Numbered from the stretch's first letter, positions 46,649 to 56,655 are shown. The stretch is DNA of 64,000 nt from Chloroflexota bacterium (GCA_028876375.1 JAGWSB010000002.1:1754-65753), one strand, 5' to 3'. Notes: generated by a model not told the origin, from the letters alone. Made by a program: numbers and translations.

Positions 46649-47710
46649 ATGGATACAGCGGTGATCGAGACCGTCGAGCGCATCCACGCGGCCGACCCCG
46701 AGGGGATGCTGGCGCGCATCAAGGAGCTCCCGAAGCAGGTGCGCGACGCCTGGTCGATCGCGCAAAAGGCGCAGATCCCGCCGGCGTACGCCGACGTGCG
46801 CAACGTCGTCGTGTGCGGCATGGGCGGCTCGGCGATCGGCGGCGACCTCGCCGCGGCGGTCGTCGCGGACGAGCTGCGCGTGCCGATGAGCGTCCATCGC
46901 GACTACGGCCTCCCCGCGTACGTCGGCCGCGACTCACTCGTGATCACCTCGTCGTACTCGGGGAACACCGAAGAGACGCTTTCGGCTTTCGAGGAGGCGC
47001 GCAAGCGCGGCGCGCGCGTCCTCACCATCACGACCGGCGGACATCTCCGGGATCTCGCGACCTCCGCGAGCGTCCCGCTCGTGTCCTTCTCGTACAAAGC
47101 TCCTCCGCGCGCGACCCTGGGCTACTCGCTCACCCTCGTGCTCGGCGTCCTGTCGAAGATCGGGCTCGTGCGCGACATGGGCGGCGACGTCGAGGAGGCG
47201 CTCGCGGACGTCGCGAAGCTCCAGGAGCGCGTGCACGAGGGAGCGCGGACGAACGACGCGAAGAAGCTCGCCGTCACGCTCGCCGGCAAGGTCGTCTTCG
47301 TCTACGGCGGCGGCGTCATGGGCGTGATGGCGCGGCGGGTCAAGGGCCAGTGGAACGAGAACGCGAAGAACTGGTCCGCCTTCGACGTGCTGCCGGAGCT
47401 GGACCACAACGCCGTCGTCGGCTTTCCGCTTCCGCCGATCGCGAAGCAGGCGCTCGCGGTCCTCATCCTGCGCAGCTCGCACGACCTCGGTCGCCATCGC
47501 GTGCGGTGGGAGGTCACGAAGGAGCTGCTCGACCAGGCCGGGATCGAGCACCACACCCTCGAGATGAGCGGTCGGACCTCTCTCTCCGAGGTGCTCCAAA
47601 TGACGTACGTCACCGACCACGTGTCCTTCTATGTGGCCCTGCTGAACGGGGTCGATCCCTCGCCGAACACGTCGATCGACCATCTGAAGGACCGCCTCGC
47701 CCGGGCTTAG
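46649..47710 (+). CDS. bifunctional phosphoglucose/phosphomannose isomerase (SIS-domain PGI/PMI family)
   Basis: CGMGGSAIGGD and TSSYSGNTEET SIS motifs. About 353 aa. Confidence 0.85.
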   Translation: MDTAVIETVERIHAADPEGMLARIKELPKQVRDAWSIAQKAQIPPAYADVRNVVVCGMGGSAIGGDLAAAVVADELRVPMSVHRDYGLPAYVGRDSLVITSSYSGNTEETLSAFEEARKRGARVLTITTGGHLRDLATSASVPLVSFSYKAPPRATLGYSLTLVLGVLSKIGLVRDMGGDVEEALADVAKLQERVHEGARTNDAKKLAVTLAGKVVFVYGGGVMGVMARRVKGQWNENAKNWSAFDVLPELDHNAVVGFPLPPIAKQALAVLILRSSHDLGRHRVRWEVTKELLDQAGIEHHTLEMSGRTSLSEVLQMTYVTDHVSFYVALLNGVDPSPNTSIDHLKDRLARA

Positions 47711-47722
47711 TCTCCGCCGCAC

Positions 47723-48232
47723 ATGAGCCCCTTCGCGTACTGCCCCCGCGACGGCACGAAGCTCGTCCCGACGCGGATCGACGGACGCGAGCGCCCGGCC
47801 TGCCCGGTCTGCGGGTTCGCGGACTTCCTCCACGTGCAGATCGGCGCGAACGCTGTCGTGGAGCGGGCGGGCTCCGTGCTCCTGGTGAAGCTGAGCTACG
47901 GGCCGCGCGAGGGGCGCTGGTCGCTGCCGGGGGGCCTCGTCGAGAGCGACGAGACCTGCGAGGAGGCGGCGGTCCGCGAGACGGCCGAAGAGACGGGGTT
48001 CGACGTGGAGCTCGACGGGCTGCTCGCGACGTACATGCGTCCGGGCGCGCCGATCGTCGTTCTCATCTACCGCTCGCACATCGTCGGCGGCACGCTGCGC
48101 ATCGCGCCCGAGGAGCTGACCGAGGCGGCCTTCTTCCCGCGCGACGAGCTCCCGCCGCTCGGCGAGCTGGCGTGGCCGTCGACCGTGCATGGCCTCGATG
48201 CGTGGCGGGCATTCGAGCGCTCGCGGCCGTGA
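47723..48232 (+). CDS. NUDIX hydrolase with N-terminal zinc ribbon
   Basis: CPRDG...CPVCG, and the Nudix box GGLVESDETCEEAAVRETAEETG. Confidence 0.9.
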   Translation: MSPFAYCPRDGTKLVPTRIDGRERPACPVCGFADFLHVQIGANAVVERAGSVLLVKLSYGPREGRWSLPGGLVESDETCEEAAVRETAEETGFDVELDGLLATYMRPGAPIVVLIYRSHIVGGTLRIAPEELTEAAFFPRDELPPLGELAWPSTVHGLDAWRAFERSRP

Positions 48233-48367
48233 CGAGCGCGGGAGACCAGGTACCTTCGGATTTCCTCGCGTTTGTCTTGCTCGCTATCGTTCGCGGTTGT
48301 CAGCGCACCTGTGGGTCTGATCCGGCACCGCGGAGCAGGCGGGGCTAAATGGCAGGGAGGATCGTAG

Positions 48368-48631
48368 ATGTACTCGAGCCTCATCTCCATGGTCGAGAAG
48401 GCGAAGCGTTACGCCGACGAGCCCGAGCGGGTCGTGATCCGCGACCTCGAGGTCGAGTTCCGCGGCAACAACGGGACGCATCGTGTGGCGCTGAGCGGAG
48501 ATGAGTGGCGTTGCGAGTGCGACCACTTCCAAGCGCACGGCCTGTGCGCTCACGTCATGACCCTGCAGCGGCTCTTCGGCGCGAACCTGCGCGACGAGGT
48601 CCGCTACACCGCGGAGCGAGCGACCGCGTAG
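48368..48631 (+). CDS. small SWIM-type zinc-finger protein (87 aa)
   Basis: CxC-x9-CxH signature CECDHFQAHGLCAH. The ATG is preceded by GGGAGGA at 6-nt spacing. Confidence 0.75.
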   Translation: MYSSLISMVEKAKRYADEPERVVIRDLEVEFRGNNGTHRVALSGDEWRCECDHFQAHGLCAHVMTLQRLFGANLRDEVRYTAERATA

Positions 48632-48677
48632 GACGATCCGCGGCGTCGACGCTGACCGGCATCGCCTCACGCCGCAG

Positions 48678-49676
48678 ATGAGGCTGCCCGCGATCCTCGG
48701 CGTGCTCGCCGCCGCGCTCGTCGTGAGCCTGGGCGTCGGCATCCTCGTCGGCGCGGTGGCGATCGGGCCGGGCGACGTCGTCGCGGCGCTCGCCGGCGGC
48801 GGCGACCGCGCGACGGGCACGATCGTCCGCGAGCTGCGGCTGCCGCGCGTGATCGCCGCGGCGCTCGTCGGCGCCGCGCTCGCCGTCGCCGGCGTGCTGC
48901 TGCAGGGCCTGACGCGGAACCCGCTCGCCGACCCGTACGTGACGGGCAGCTCGGCGGGCGCGGCCCTCGGCGCGGTCATCGCCATCGCCTTCCTCGGTCC
49001 GCTCGCCGGCGCCGTCGTCCCGCTCGCGGCGTTCGCCGGCGCGCTCGCCGCGGTGGCCGTGGTGTGGCAGCTCGCGCGGCTGGGCGGACGCACGACGGTC
49101 CTCACCATCCTCCTCGCGGGGATCGTCATGACGGCCTTCGCGGGCGCGGCCGTGACGCTCCTGCTCGTGGCCAGCGATCGTCTCTCGCTGCGCCTCCGCG
49201 CGGTGCTCGACGTCCTCGTCGGCGCGGTCAACATCGGCTCGCCCGGCGAGCTGACCGTCGCCGCCGCCATCGTCGTGCTCGGCATCGCGCTCGCGCTCGT
49301 CGTCGGTCCGCGCATCGACGCGTACGCCTTCGGGGAGGAGACCGCCGCGACGCTCGGCGTCGACACCGACCGCGTCACGATCGTGGTCCTCGCGTCCGCC
49401 GCGCTCCTCGCCGGCGCCGCCGTGGCGCTCGCGGGCCTCGTCGGGTTCGTCGGCCTCGTCGTTCCGCACGCCGTCCGCGCCGTCGTCGGCGCCGGCCACC
49501 GGCCGCTCGTCGCGGCATCGGCGCTCGCCGGCGCCGTCGTCCTCGTGCTCGCCGACGCCGGGGCGCGCGTCGCCCTCGCGCCGGCGGAGCTCCCCGTCGG
49601 CGTCATCACCGGCCTCATCGGCGCGCCCTTCTTCATCCTCCTCCTGGTGCGCTCGCGCCGCATGATCCTCGTATGA
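48678..49676 (+). CDS. FecCD/BtuC-family ABC permease (iron-siderophore/cobalamin type)
   Basis: LRLPRVIAAALVGAALAVAGVLLQGLTRNPLADP, which is characteristic of the family, and about 9 TM helices. Confidence 0.92.
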   Translation: MRLPAILGVLAAALVVSLGVGILVGAVAIGPGDVVAALAGGGDRATGTIVRELRLPRVIAAALVGAALAVAGVLLQGLTRNPLADPYVTGSSAGAALGAVIAIAFLGPLAGAVVPLAAFAGALAAVAVVWQLARLGGRTTVLTILLAGIVMTAFAGAAVTLLLVASDRLSLRLRAVLDVLVGAVNIGSPGELTVAAAIVVLGIALALVVGPRIDAYAFGEETAATLGVDTDRVTIVVLASAALLAGAAVALAGLVGFVGLVVPHAVRAVVGAGHRPLVAASALAGAVVLVLADAGARVALAPAELPVGVITGLIGAPFFILLLVRSRRMILV

Positions 49677-50449
49677 CGACGCTCGCGGCCGAGCGGATCT
49701 CGGCGGGATACGGCGGGCGCCGCGTCCTCGTGGACGTCGACGTCGCTCTCGAGAGCGGTGCGCTCGTCGCTCTCGTCGGCCCGAACGGGGCGGGGAAGTC
49801 GACGCTGCTGCGCTGCCTCGCCGGACTCGTGCGTCCGTCGGGGGGGCGCGTCCTCCTCGACGGGACGGACCTCGCGTCGCTCGACCGCGGCGCGATCGCC
49901 CGGCGGATCGCGGTCGTGCCGCAGACGTTCGACACGCTCTTCCCGTTCACCGTGCGCGAGATCGTCTCGCTCGGGCGGACCGCGCGGCTCGGACTGCTCG
50001 CGATCCCGCGCGGAGCCGACGTCGCCGCGGTCGATCGCGCCATCGACGACCTCGACCTGCGCGATCTCGCCCCTCGCCGCGTCGACGAGCTCTCCGGCGG
50101 CGAGAGGCAGCGCGCCGTCCTGGCCATGGCGCTGGCTCAGGACGGCGACGCGCTCCTCCTCGACGAGCCGACGGCGCACCTCGATCCGGCGCACCAGCGG
50201 GCCACCCTCATCCTCATCCGGCGTCTCGCGCGCGAGCGGCGTCTCGCCGCGCTGGCCGTGCTCCACGACCTGAATCTCGCCGCGGCGCTCTGCGACCGCA
50301 TCGTGGTCATGAGCGATGGGCGCGTGGCGGCCGACGGAGCTCCGTCAGGTGTGCTCGACCCGTCCACCGTCGCGGCCGTCTTCGGGCCGGGCCTCGACGT
50401 CGCGACCCGCGACGGCACGCCGTACGTGCTGCCTTCACCGCCCCGATAG
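49673..50449 (+). CDS. ABC transporter ATP-binding protein (FecE/BtuD-like)
   Basis: ATGA overlap with the permease. Walker A GPNGAGKST, signature LSGGERQR, Walker B LLLDEPT. Confidence 0.92.
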   Translation: MTTLAAERISAGYGGRRVLVDVDVALESGALVALVGPNGAGKSTLLRCLAGLVRPSGGRVLLDGTDLASLDRGAIARRIAVVPQTFDTLFPFTVREIVSLGRTARLGLLAIPRGADVAAVDRAIDDLDLRDLAPRRVDELSGGERQRAVLAMALAQDGDALLLDEPTAHLDPAHQRATLILIRRLARERRLAALAVLHDLNLAAALCDRIVVMSDGRVAADGAPSGVLDPSTVAAVFGPGLDVATRDGTPYVLPSPPR

Positions 50450-50532
50450 GCCCATACTCGGAGCGGTGCGGGCGGGATCCGTACGATCACGCACGCCCCA
50501 TCGTTCCGTTCTTCGGACGGAGGCGGGGGAGC

Positions 50533-51891
50533 GTGAGTAGGAGGGCCGTGAGGCTTCACGTCGCCGCGATCGTCACCGCGCTCCTGGTCACCTGGGCCCT
50601 ACCCGCCGATGCCGCGAGCGCGCTCATCCCCGCGTCGGGCGCGGCGCCGGTCCAGACGAGCGCGTGTGCCGATGCCGTCGGGCCGAGCCTGCCGCCGCCG
50701 TCCACGCCGCCGACCGGCCTGCCGGGCTATCACGCCGCGTGGTACGGGCAGAGCGGCTATCCGACCCTCTGCCCCGGGCATACCGCGGTCGCGACGATCG
50801 CTTTCATGAACACGGGATCGCTCGGGTGGTACGCCGGCGTGCCGGGCGCGACCGCGTACCTCGGCACGTGGGGCCCCGACCCGGGGCAGGACCGCGCGAG
50901 CATCCTCGGCGGTCCGACGATCGGCTGGCCCAGCGGGAACAGGGTCGCGGTGCAGCCCGCGGCGTACGTCGGCCCGGGAGAGATCGCGTGGTTCCAGTTC
51001 ACCGTGAAGGCTCCCGACCTCCCCGGCGTGTACGTCCTCGGGCTGCGCCCGCTCATCGAAGGCGCGCAGTGGATGGAGGACTACGGCGTCTTCTGGACCG
51101 TCACGGTGAAGGCCGCCGCCGACGGAGGCAGCGCGCAGCAGCCCGCGACGCCGAGCTCGGCGACGACCTCCGTCGCGCGCACGTACTACCCGAGCACGGC
51201 CGCGGACGGGACGAAGAGCGTCCGCGTGAACGTGCTCATGTACCACCACGTCGAGTGGCTGCCGCCGAACGCGGACGCGCTGCGCAAGGACCTCACGGTG
51301 AGCCCCACGGACTTCGCGGCGCAGCTCCAGTACCTCAAGGCGAACGGCTACCACGCGATCACGACGGTCGATCTGTGGTGGGCGCTCGACCAGGGCGGCG
51401 CGCTTCCCGCGAAGCCGGTCCTCCTCAGCTTCGACGACGGCTACGCCGACGCGCACGACGTCGTCCTACCACTGCTCGAGCAGTACGGGATGGTGGGGAC
51501 GTTCGCGGTCACGGCGAACCTCGTCGGCCGTCCCGACTACATGACCATCGACGAGGTGCGCGACCTCGCCGACAGCGGCATGGACGTCGAGTCGCACTCG
51601 ACGGACCACGTCGCGGTGAACCGGCTCCCGTACGCGTCGCAGGTGTATCAGCTGTGCACGTCGCGTCAGATCCTCAAGCAGTGGACGGGCAAGGACGTGC
51701 GCACCTTCATCTACCCCTCGGGCGACCACCTCCCGACACCCTCCGCGGCGCTCGCGGCGTGCGGGTACCTGACGGCGTATCGCAAGGACGGCGGTTCGAC
51801 GCAGTCGAGCGCGGAGATGTACGGGCTGCGTCGCGCGCGCGTGCACGGGGAGCAGGGGCTCATGGCGCTCCTGGTGGCGCTGCAGCGGTAG
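50533..51891 (+). CDS. secreted polysaccharide deacetylase (NodB domain) with N-terminal Ig-like/NBR1-FW-like domain
   Basis: Signal peptide (VTALLVTWALPADA). NodB motifs LSFDDGY and ESHSTDH. The N-domain assignment (GEIAWFQFTVKAPDLPGVYVLGLRP) is a resemblance from memory. Confidence 0.85.
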   Translation: MSRRAVRLHVAAIVTALLVTWALPADAASALIPASGAAPVQTSACADAVGPSLPPPSTPPTGLPGYHAAWYGQSGYPTLCPGHTAVATIAFMNTGSLGWYAGVPGATAYLGTWGPDPGQDRASILGGPTIGWPSGNRVAVQPAAYVGPGEIAWFQFTVKAPDLPGVYVLGLRPLIEGAQWMEDYGVFWTVTVKAAADGGSAQQPATPSSATTSVARTYYPSTAADGTKSVRVNVLMYHHVEWLPPNADALRKDLTVSPTDFAAQLQYLKANGYHAITTVDLWWALDQGGALPAKPVLLSFDDGYADAHDVVLPLLEQYGMVGTFAVTANLVGRPDYMTIDEVRDLADSGMDVESHSTDHVAVNRLPYASQVYQLCTSRQILKQWTGKDVRTFIYPSGDHLPTPSAALAACGYLTAYRKDGGSTQSSAEMYGLRRARVHGEQGLMALLVALQR

Positions 51892-51905
51892 CGCGCGACG
51901 CCACC

Positions 51906-53003
51906 TCAGGTGTGGATGAGGTGCGCTTCCGTGCGCGCGCGGCGCCCGACCGACACCTGATACGCGTACCGCGCGAAGGAGTTGAGGATCCCCGCGACGG
52001 GGACCGCCAGGAGGACGCCCCAGAACCCGGCCAGCTTCGCGCCGAGGAGGAGCGCGAAGAACACGAAGAGCGGGTGGATGCCGACGACGTCGGACATGAT
52101 CCGCGGGCCGATGACGTTGAGGACGATCTGCTGCAGCACCATGAGCGCGATGAACACCGGGATGAAGCTCTCGGGCGCGCCGAGGATGGTCGTGGCGAGG
52201 ACGGGGATCATGGCGATGATCGGCCCGAAGAACGGGATGACCATGACCAGCCCCGACAGCAGGGAAAGCAGCCCGGCGAAGGGGACGTGCGTGGCGGCGA
52301 GGACGACGAACGTCGCCACGCCGTAGATGAGACCGAGGATGAGCGACGCGCGCAGGAATCCGCCGAAGGAGCGGTCGGCGCTCTGACGGAAGAGCTCGGC
52401 CTCGCTGCGGAACTCTTCGGAGAGCGCGCCGATGAAGCGCTGCCACAGCTTCTCGCCGTCGACGAGCATGAGGAACGCGATGATGAGGACGAGCGTCGTG
52501 TCGAAGAGCACCGCCCCCGTCGCCGCGACGACCGCGAGCGCGTTCGTGGCGAGCATGCCGGTGACCTCGGCGAGGCGCGCCGGGATCGAACCGTAGAGCT
52601 GCGTGAGGTCGACGCGCATCCCCGCCTCATCCATCCGCTGCTGCAGGTCGAGGACGACGCTCGAGGCCTTCTGCCCGAACTCGGGTCCGCGCGTCGCGAC
52701 GGCGGAGAGCTGCGCCGCGAGGGCCGGGACGCCGAAGGCGAGGACGATCGCGAGGAGGATGAGGATCGCCGCGTAGACGACCGCGACGCTGCCGGTGCGA
52801 CCGAGGGGCGTGCGGCGCTGGACGAGCTCGACGAGCGGGACGAGGAGATAGGCGACGGCCCAGGCCACGAGGAACACCAGGAGGACGTCGGCGACCTGGC
52901 CGAGCACCTCGATCGAGAAGACCGCGACCTGGAACCCGAGGAACACGAGGAGCAGCACCGCGATCGCGGTAAGGAGCGATCGATCGCGGGCGGAGAGATC
53001 CAC
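51906..53003 (-). CDS. AI-2E family transporter (PerM/UPF0118)
   Basis: About 365 aa and 8 TM helices. C-terminal hallmark GPIIAMIPVLATT...IGPRIMSDVVGIHPLFVFFALLLGAKLAGFWGVLLAVP. Start GTG 53003 is tentative, with no SD. Confidence 0.85.
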   Translation of the reverse strand: MDLSARDRSLLTAIAVLLLVFLGFQVAVFSIEVLGQVADVLLVFLVAWAVAYLLVPLVELVQRRTPLGRTGSVAVVYAAILILLAIVLAFGVPALAAQLSAVATRGPEFGQKASSVVLDLQQRMDEAGMRVDLTQLYGSIPARLAEVTGMLATNALAVVAATGAVLFDTTLVLIIAFLMLVDGEKLWQRFIGALSEEFRSEAELFRQSADRSFGGFLRASLILGLIYGVATFVVLAATHVPFAGLLSLLSGLVMVIPFFGPIIAMIPVLATTILGAPESFIPVFIALMVLQQIVLNVIGPRIMSDVVGIHPLFVFFALLLGAKLAGFWGVLLAVPVAGILNSFARYAYQVSVGRRARTEAHLIHT

Positions 53004-53042
53004 CGGACGAGATGGTAGGGGCGCGACTAAGATGGGCTCCCC

Positions 53043-54104
53043 ATGCCGGCAGACGGCTGCCTGATCGACCGGTTCGCCTCGCACCTGCCGGTCACGCCGC
53101 GCACGCCGCGCCTCACGCTCGGCGAAGGCCGGACGCCGCTCGTGCGCGCGCCGCGCCTCGAGGCGGAGACCGGGGTCCGCGAGGTGTGGCTGAAGGTCGA
53201 GGGCATGAACCCGACCGGGTCCTTCAAGGACCGCGGCATGGTCGTCACCGTGGCCAAGGCGATGGAAGAGGGCTCGACGTCCGTCATCTGCGCGTCGACG
53301 GGCAACACGGCGGCGTCCGCGGCGGCGTACGCCGCCCGCGCCGGGCTCTCGTGCGCCGTCGTCCTGCCCGCGGGCCACGTCGCGCTGGGCAAGCTCACGC
53401 AGGCGATCGCCTTCGGCGCGCGGGTCATCGCCGTACGCGGCAGCTTCGACGACGCGTTCGTCGTCGTGAAGGAGCTCGCGGCGGCCGGTGAGGCGACCCT
53501 CGTCAACAGCGTCAACCCCTATCGCATCGAAGGGCAGAAGACCGCGGCGTTCGAGGTGTGCGACGTCCTCGGCGACGCGCCCGACGCGCTCTTCATCCCC
53601 GTCGGCAACGCCGGGAACATCACGGCGTACTGGAAGGGCTTCGTCGAGGCCGCCGCCGGCGGGATGGCCACACGCCGCCCGCGCATGTTCGGCTTCCAGG
53701 CCGCCGGCGCCGCTCCCATCGTGCGCGGCGCTCCCGTCGCCGACCCGCAGACGGTCGCCACCGCCATCCGCATCGGCAACCCCGCATCGTGGAAGAGCGC
53801 CGTCGCGGCGCGCGACGATTCCGGCGGAGCCATCGAGATCGTCACCGACGACGAGATCCTCGACGCGTATCGCTTCCTCGCCGGATGCGAGGGCGTCTTC
53901 TGCGAGCCCGCGAGCGCCGCGTCCGTCGCCGGACTGCGGCAGCGCGCGAAGAGGCGCGCCCTCGACGGCGTCGAGCGCGTCGTCTGCGTCCTCACCGGGA
54001 ACGGGCTGAAGGACCCCGACACCGCGAGGTCGCTGTCGCCCTCGCTCAGCGAGGTCGCGCCGACCGCCGCCGACGTCCGCGCCGCGATCCGCGCGCTGCC
54101 GTGA
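53043..54104 (+). CDS. thrC: threonine synthase
   Basis: PLP-lysine motif EGMNPTGSFKDRG and ASTGNTAAS. Confidence 0.95.
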   Translation: MPADGCLIDRFASHLPVTPRTPRLTLGEGRTPLVRAPRLEAETGVREVWLKVEGMNPTGSFKDRGMVVTVAKAMEEGSTSVICASTGNTAASAAAYAARAGLSCAVVLPAGHVALGKLTQAIAFGARVIAVRGSFDDAFVVVKELAAAGEATLVNSVNPYRIEGQKTAAFEVCDVLGDAPDALFIPVGNAGNITAYWKGFVEAAAGGMATRRPRMFGFQAAGAAPIVRGAPVADPQTVATAIRIGNPASWKSAVAARDDSGGAIEIVTDDEILDAYRFLAGCEGVFCEPASAASVAGLRQRAKRRALDGVERVVCVLTGNGLKDPDTARSLSPSLSEVAPTAADVRAAIRALP

Positions 54105-55006
54105 GCGAGCTCCGCCTTCGCGCTCCGGCGACGAGCGCGAACCTCGGTCCGGGATTCGACTCCTTCGCGCTGGCGCTGCCGCTCCTCGCGGAGTTCGAGG
54201 TGCGGCCCGCGCGCGCCTGGGCGGTGACGGTCGAGGGCGACGGCGACGGCATCCCGACCGGCGACGAGAACCTCTTCGTCGTGAGCGCGCGCGCCGTGGC
54301 GCGCGCGGAGAAGGCGCACCTCCCGCCGCAGCACGTCGTCCAGCGCTCGGCCATCCCCGGCGGTCGTGGCCTCGGCTCGAGCGCCGCCGCCATCGCCGCC
54401 GGAGCCGTCGCGGCCAACGTCCTGCTCGGCGAGCCGTGCGACCGCCGCACGCTCCTGCGGATCGCCGCGGAGGTCGAGGGGCACGCCGACAACGTCGCCG
54501 CCGCGCTCTACGGCGGGGTGACGGTCGCCATCCCCACGGCCGACGGTCCGATCGCCACGCGATTCGCGTTCCCGCGCGCGTGGCGCGTGTGCATCTTCGT
54601 CCCGCATCGCAAGCTCGCGACCAAGGACGCGCGCGCCGCGCTCCCCGCGCAGGTCAGCCGCGCGGACGCCGTCTTCAACCTCGCCCACGCGTCGGCGCTC
54701 CTCGCGGCGATCCTCCGCGCCGACGGCGCGCTCGTCTCGCTCGCGATGGCCGATCGGCTCCATGAGCCGGCGCGCGCGAAGCTCGTGCCCGGGCTCGACG
54801 ACGTCATCGCCGGGGCGCGCTCGGCGGGAGCGTTCGGCGCGGCGCTGTCCGGGGCAGGGCCCGCGGTCCTCGCGTTCGCGCCGACGCGGCTCGCGCCACG
54901 CGTCGTCGCCGCGATGGAGGAGGCCGCCGACGCGGCCGGCAGCTCCGGCCGGGCGCGCGTCCTGCGGGTGCGCGCCGCGGGCGTGCAGATACGCTCCGCG
55001 CCGTGA
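54101..55006 (+). CDS. thrB: homoserine kinase
   Basis: GTGA overlap with thrC. ATSANLGPGFD and the GHMP motif PGGRGLGSSAAA. Confidence 0.93.
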   Translation: MSELRLRAPATSANLGPGFDSFALALPLLAEFEVRPARAWAVTVEGDGDGIPTGDENLFVVSARAVARAEKAHLPPQHVVQRSAIPGGRGLGSSAAAIAAGAVAANVLLGEPCDRRTLLRIAAEVEGHADNVAAALYGGVTVAIPTADGPIATRFAFPRAWRVCIFVPHRKLATKDARAALPAQVSRADAVFNLAHASALLAAILRADGALVSLAMADRLHEPARAKLVPGLDDVIAGARSAGAFGAALSGAGPAVLAFAPTRLAPRVVAAMEEAADAAGSSGRARVLRVRAAGVQIRSAP

Positions 55007-55779
55007 ACGACCGGCTCGGCCTGCTCGCCGACCCGGCGGTGCGCGGCGCGCTGTCGCGCGAGCTGGGGTGGCCCATCGAACATCACGCCGCGATCCCCTC
55101 GACCCAGGAGCGCGGCCGCGCTCTCGCCGACGCGGGCACCTCGCGCGCGCTCGTCGTCGCCGACGAGCAGAGCGCGGGGCACGGCCGGCACGGCCGCCCG
55201 TGGCAGGCGCCGCGCGGCAGCTCGCTGCTCGCGTCGTGGGTGTTCCGTCCGCTCGTCGCGGACCCCGCGTCGTTCGCGCTCCTCGCCGGCGTCGCCGTCG
55301 CGCGCGCGCTCGCGTCGCTCGGCGTGGCCGACGCGCAGGTGAAGTGGCCGAACGACGTCCAGCTCCGCGGGCACAAGGTCGCGGGCGTGCTCGCCGACGC
55401 GGTGACGGCCGAGGACGGAGGCGCGCTCGTCCTGGGGATCGGCGTGAACGTGCACCAGACGCGTGAGCAGCTCACGGAGCTGCGCGACATCGCGACGTCG
55501 CTGGCGGCCGAAGGCCTTGCCGTCGATCGTCTCGCCCTGCTCGCGCGGCTCTGCATCGAGCTCGAGCGCATCGCGTCGTCCGCGACGGAGCGCCGCGCCG
55601 CGCTCGAGGAGTGGCGGGCGCGCTCGGCGACGCTCGGGCGCGAGGTCGAGGTGCGGCCGCCGACGGGCGCTCCGCTCCGCGGGATCGCGCGCGCCGTCGC
55701 CGACGACGGCGCCCTCGTGGTCGACACGGCGAGCGGGCCGCGCCACGTCCTCGCGGGAGAGGTGTCGCTCGTCCGATGA
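55003..55779 (+). CDS. birA: biotin--[acetyl-CoA-carboxylase] ligase (class I, no HTH domain)
   Basis: GTGA overlap with thrB. GHGRHGRPW (GRGRxGRxW-like) and KWPNDV. Confidence 0.9.
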   Translation: MNDRLGLLADPAVRGALSRELGWPIEHHAAIPSTQERGRALADAGTSRALVVADEQSAGHGRHGRPWQAPRGSSLLASWVFRPLVADPASFALLAGVAVARALASLGVADAQVKWPNDVQLRGHKVAGVLADAVTAEDGGALVLGIGVNVHQTREQLTELRDIATSLAAEGLAVDRLALLARLCIELERIASSATERRAALEEWRARSATLGREVEVRPPTGAPLRGIARAVADDGALVVDTASGPRHVLAGEVSLVR

Positions 55780-56648
55780 GCAAGGGACGCTTCGGCATCC
55801 TCATCGACGGCACCGCGGCGATGCCCGACGACCTCGTCCACGCCTACGACGTCCGCTGGCTCCCCATGTACGTCATCCTCAAGGAGCGTTCGTTCCTGGC
55901 GGGCGTCCAGCTGAGCACCGCCGACTTCTACGAGCGCATCAAGGCCAAGGACGTCGTCCCCGAGACCTCGCAGCCGACGATCCAGGACTGCCTCGACGCG
56001 TACGACGCGTCCCGGCGCGACGGCTATCGCGATCTGCTCGTGCTGACGATCGCGACGGAGCTGTCGGGGACGTTCTCGGTGGCGACGACGTCGGCGCAGC
56101 AGACCCCGAGCGAGCGCGGCCGCATCGAGGTCGTCGACAGCCGCTCCCTCGCCGGCGGTATCTCGCTCATCGCGACGGCCGCCGCGCGGCTCCGCGACCG
56201 CGGCGGCTCGTTCGACGACGCCGTCGCCCTGGCTCGGCGCATGGCCGGGCACATCTCGATCCTCGCCGCCGCGGACACGCTCGAGTACCTCCGTCGCTCG
56301 GGCCGGGTCTCCGGCGGCGCCGCGCTCTTCGGCACGCTCCTCGCGGTGAAGCCGATCCTCGAGGTCGCCGACGGAGAGGTGCGGCCGGTGGACCGCGTGC
56401 GGACGCGCGACAAGGCGGCCCTGCGGCTACGCGAGCTCATCGCGCAGCGCACGCCCGACGGAGCGCGGATCCACGCCTGCGCGCTGAGCACGAACGATCC
56501 GGAGAGAGCGCGTACGCTCGGCCAGTGGGCCCAGGAGCGCTACCACTGCGTCGAGTACTTCCAGGCGGAGGCCGGACCGGTGATCGGCGCGCGCGCCGGA
56601 CCCGGCGTCATCGGCCTGTGCTGGTACGCGGAAGAGGCCCTGGGATGA
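55776..56648 (+). CDS. DegV-family fatty-acid-binding protein
   Basis: ATGA overlap with birA. About 290 aa. DegV pattern: ILIDGTAAMP, TSQPT, LSGTF, LEYLRRSGRVSG. Confidence 0.85.
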   Translation: MSKGRFGILIDGTAAMPDDLVHAYDVRWLPMYVILKERSFLAGVQLSTADFYERIKAKDVVPETSQPTIQDCLDAYDASRRDGYRDLLVLTIATELSGTFSVATTSAQQTPSERGRIEVVDSRSLAGGISLIATAAARLRDRGGSFDDAVALARRMAGHISILAAADTLEYLRRSGRVSGGAALFGTLLAVKPILEVADGEVRPVDRVRTRDKAALRLRELIAQRTPDGARIHACALSTNDPERARTLGQWAQERYHCVEYFQAEAGPVIGARAGPGVIGLCWYAEEALG

Positions 56649-56655
56649 GGCCGCG

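Noticed and set aside
48233-48367. Possible cobalamin riboswitch upstream of the SWIM/FecCD/ATPase genes (GTCAGCGCACCTGTGG vaguely resembles a B12 box)
   Set aside because: The other conserved cobalamin-riboswitch elements I remember (a GGGAA...GGTG...AATCC core and GCCACTG) are absent on either strand. I treat it as an ordinary lower-GC promoter/leader unless an Infernal scan says otherwise.
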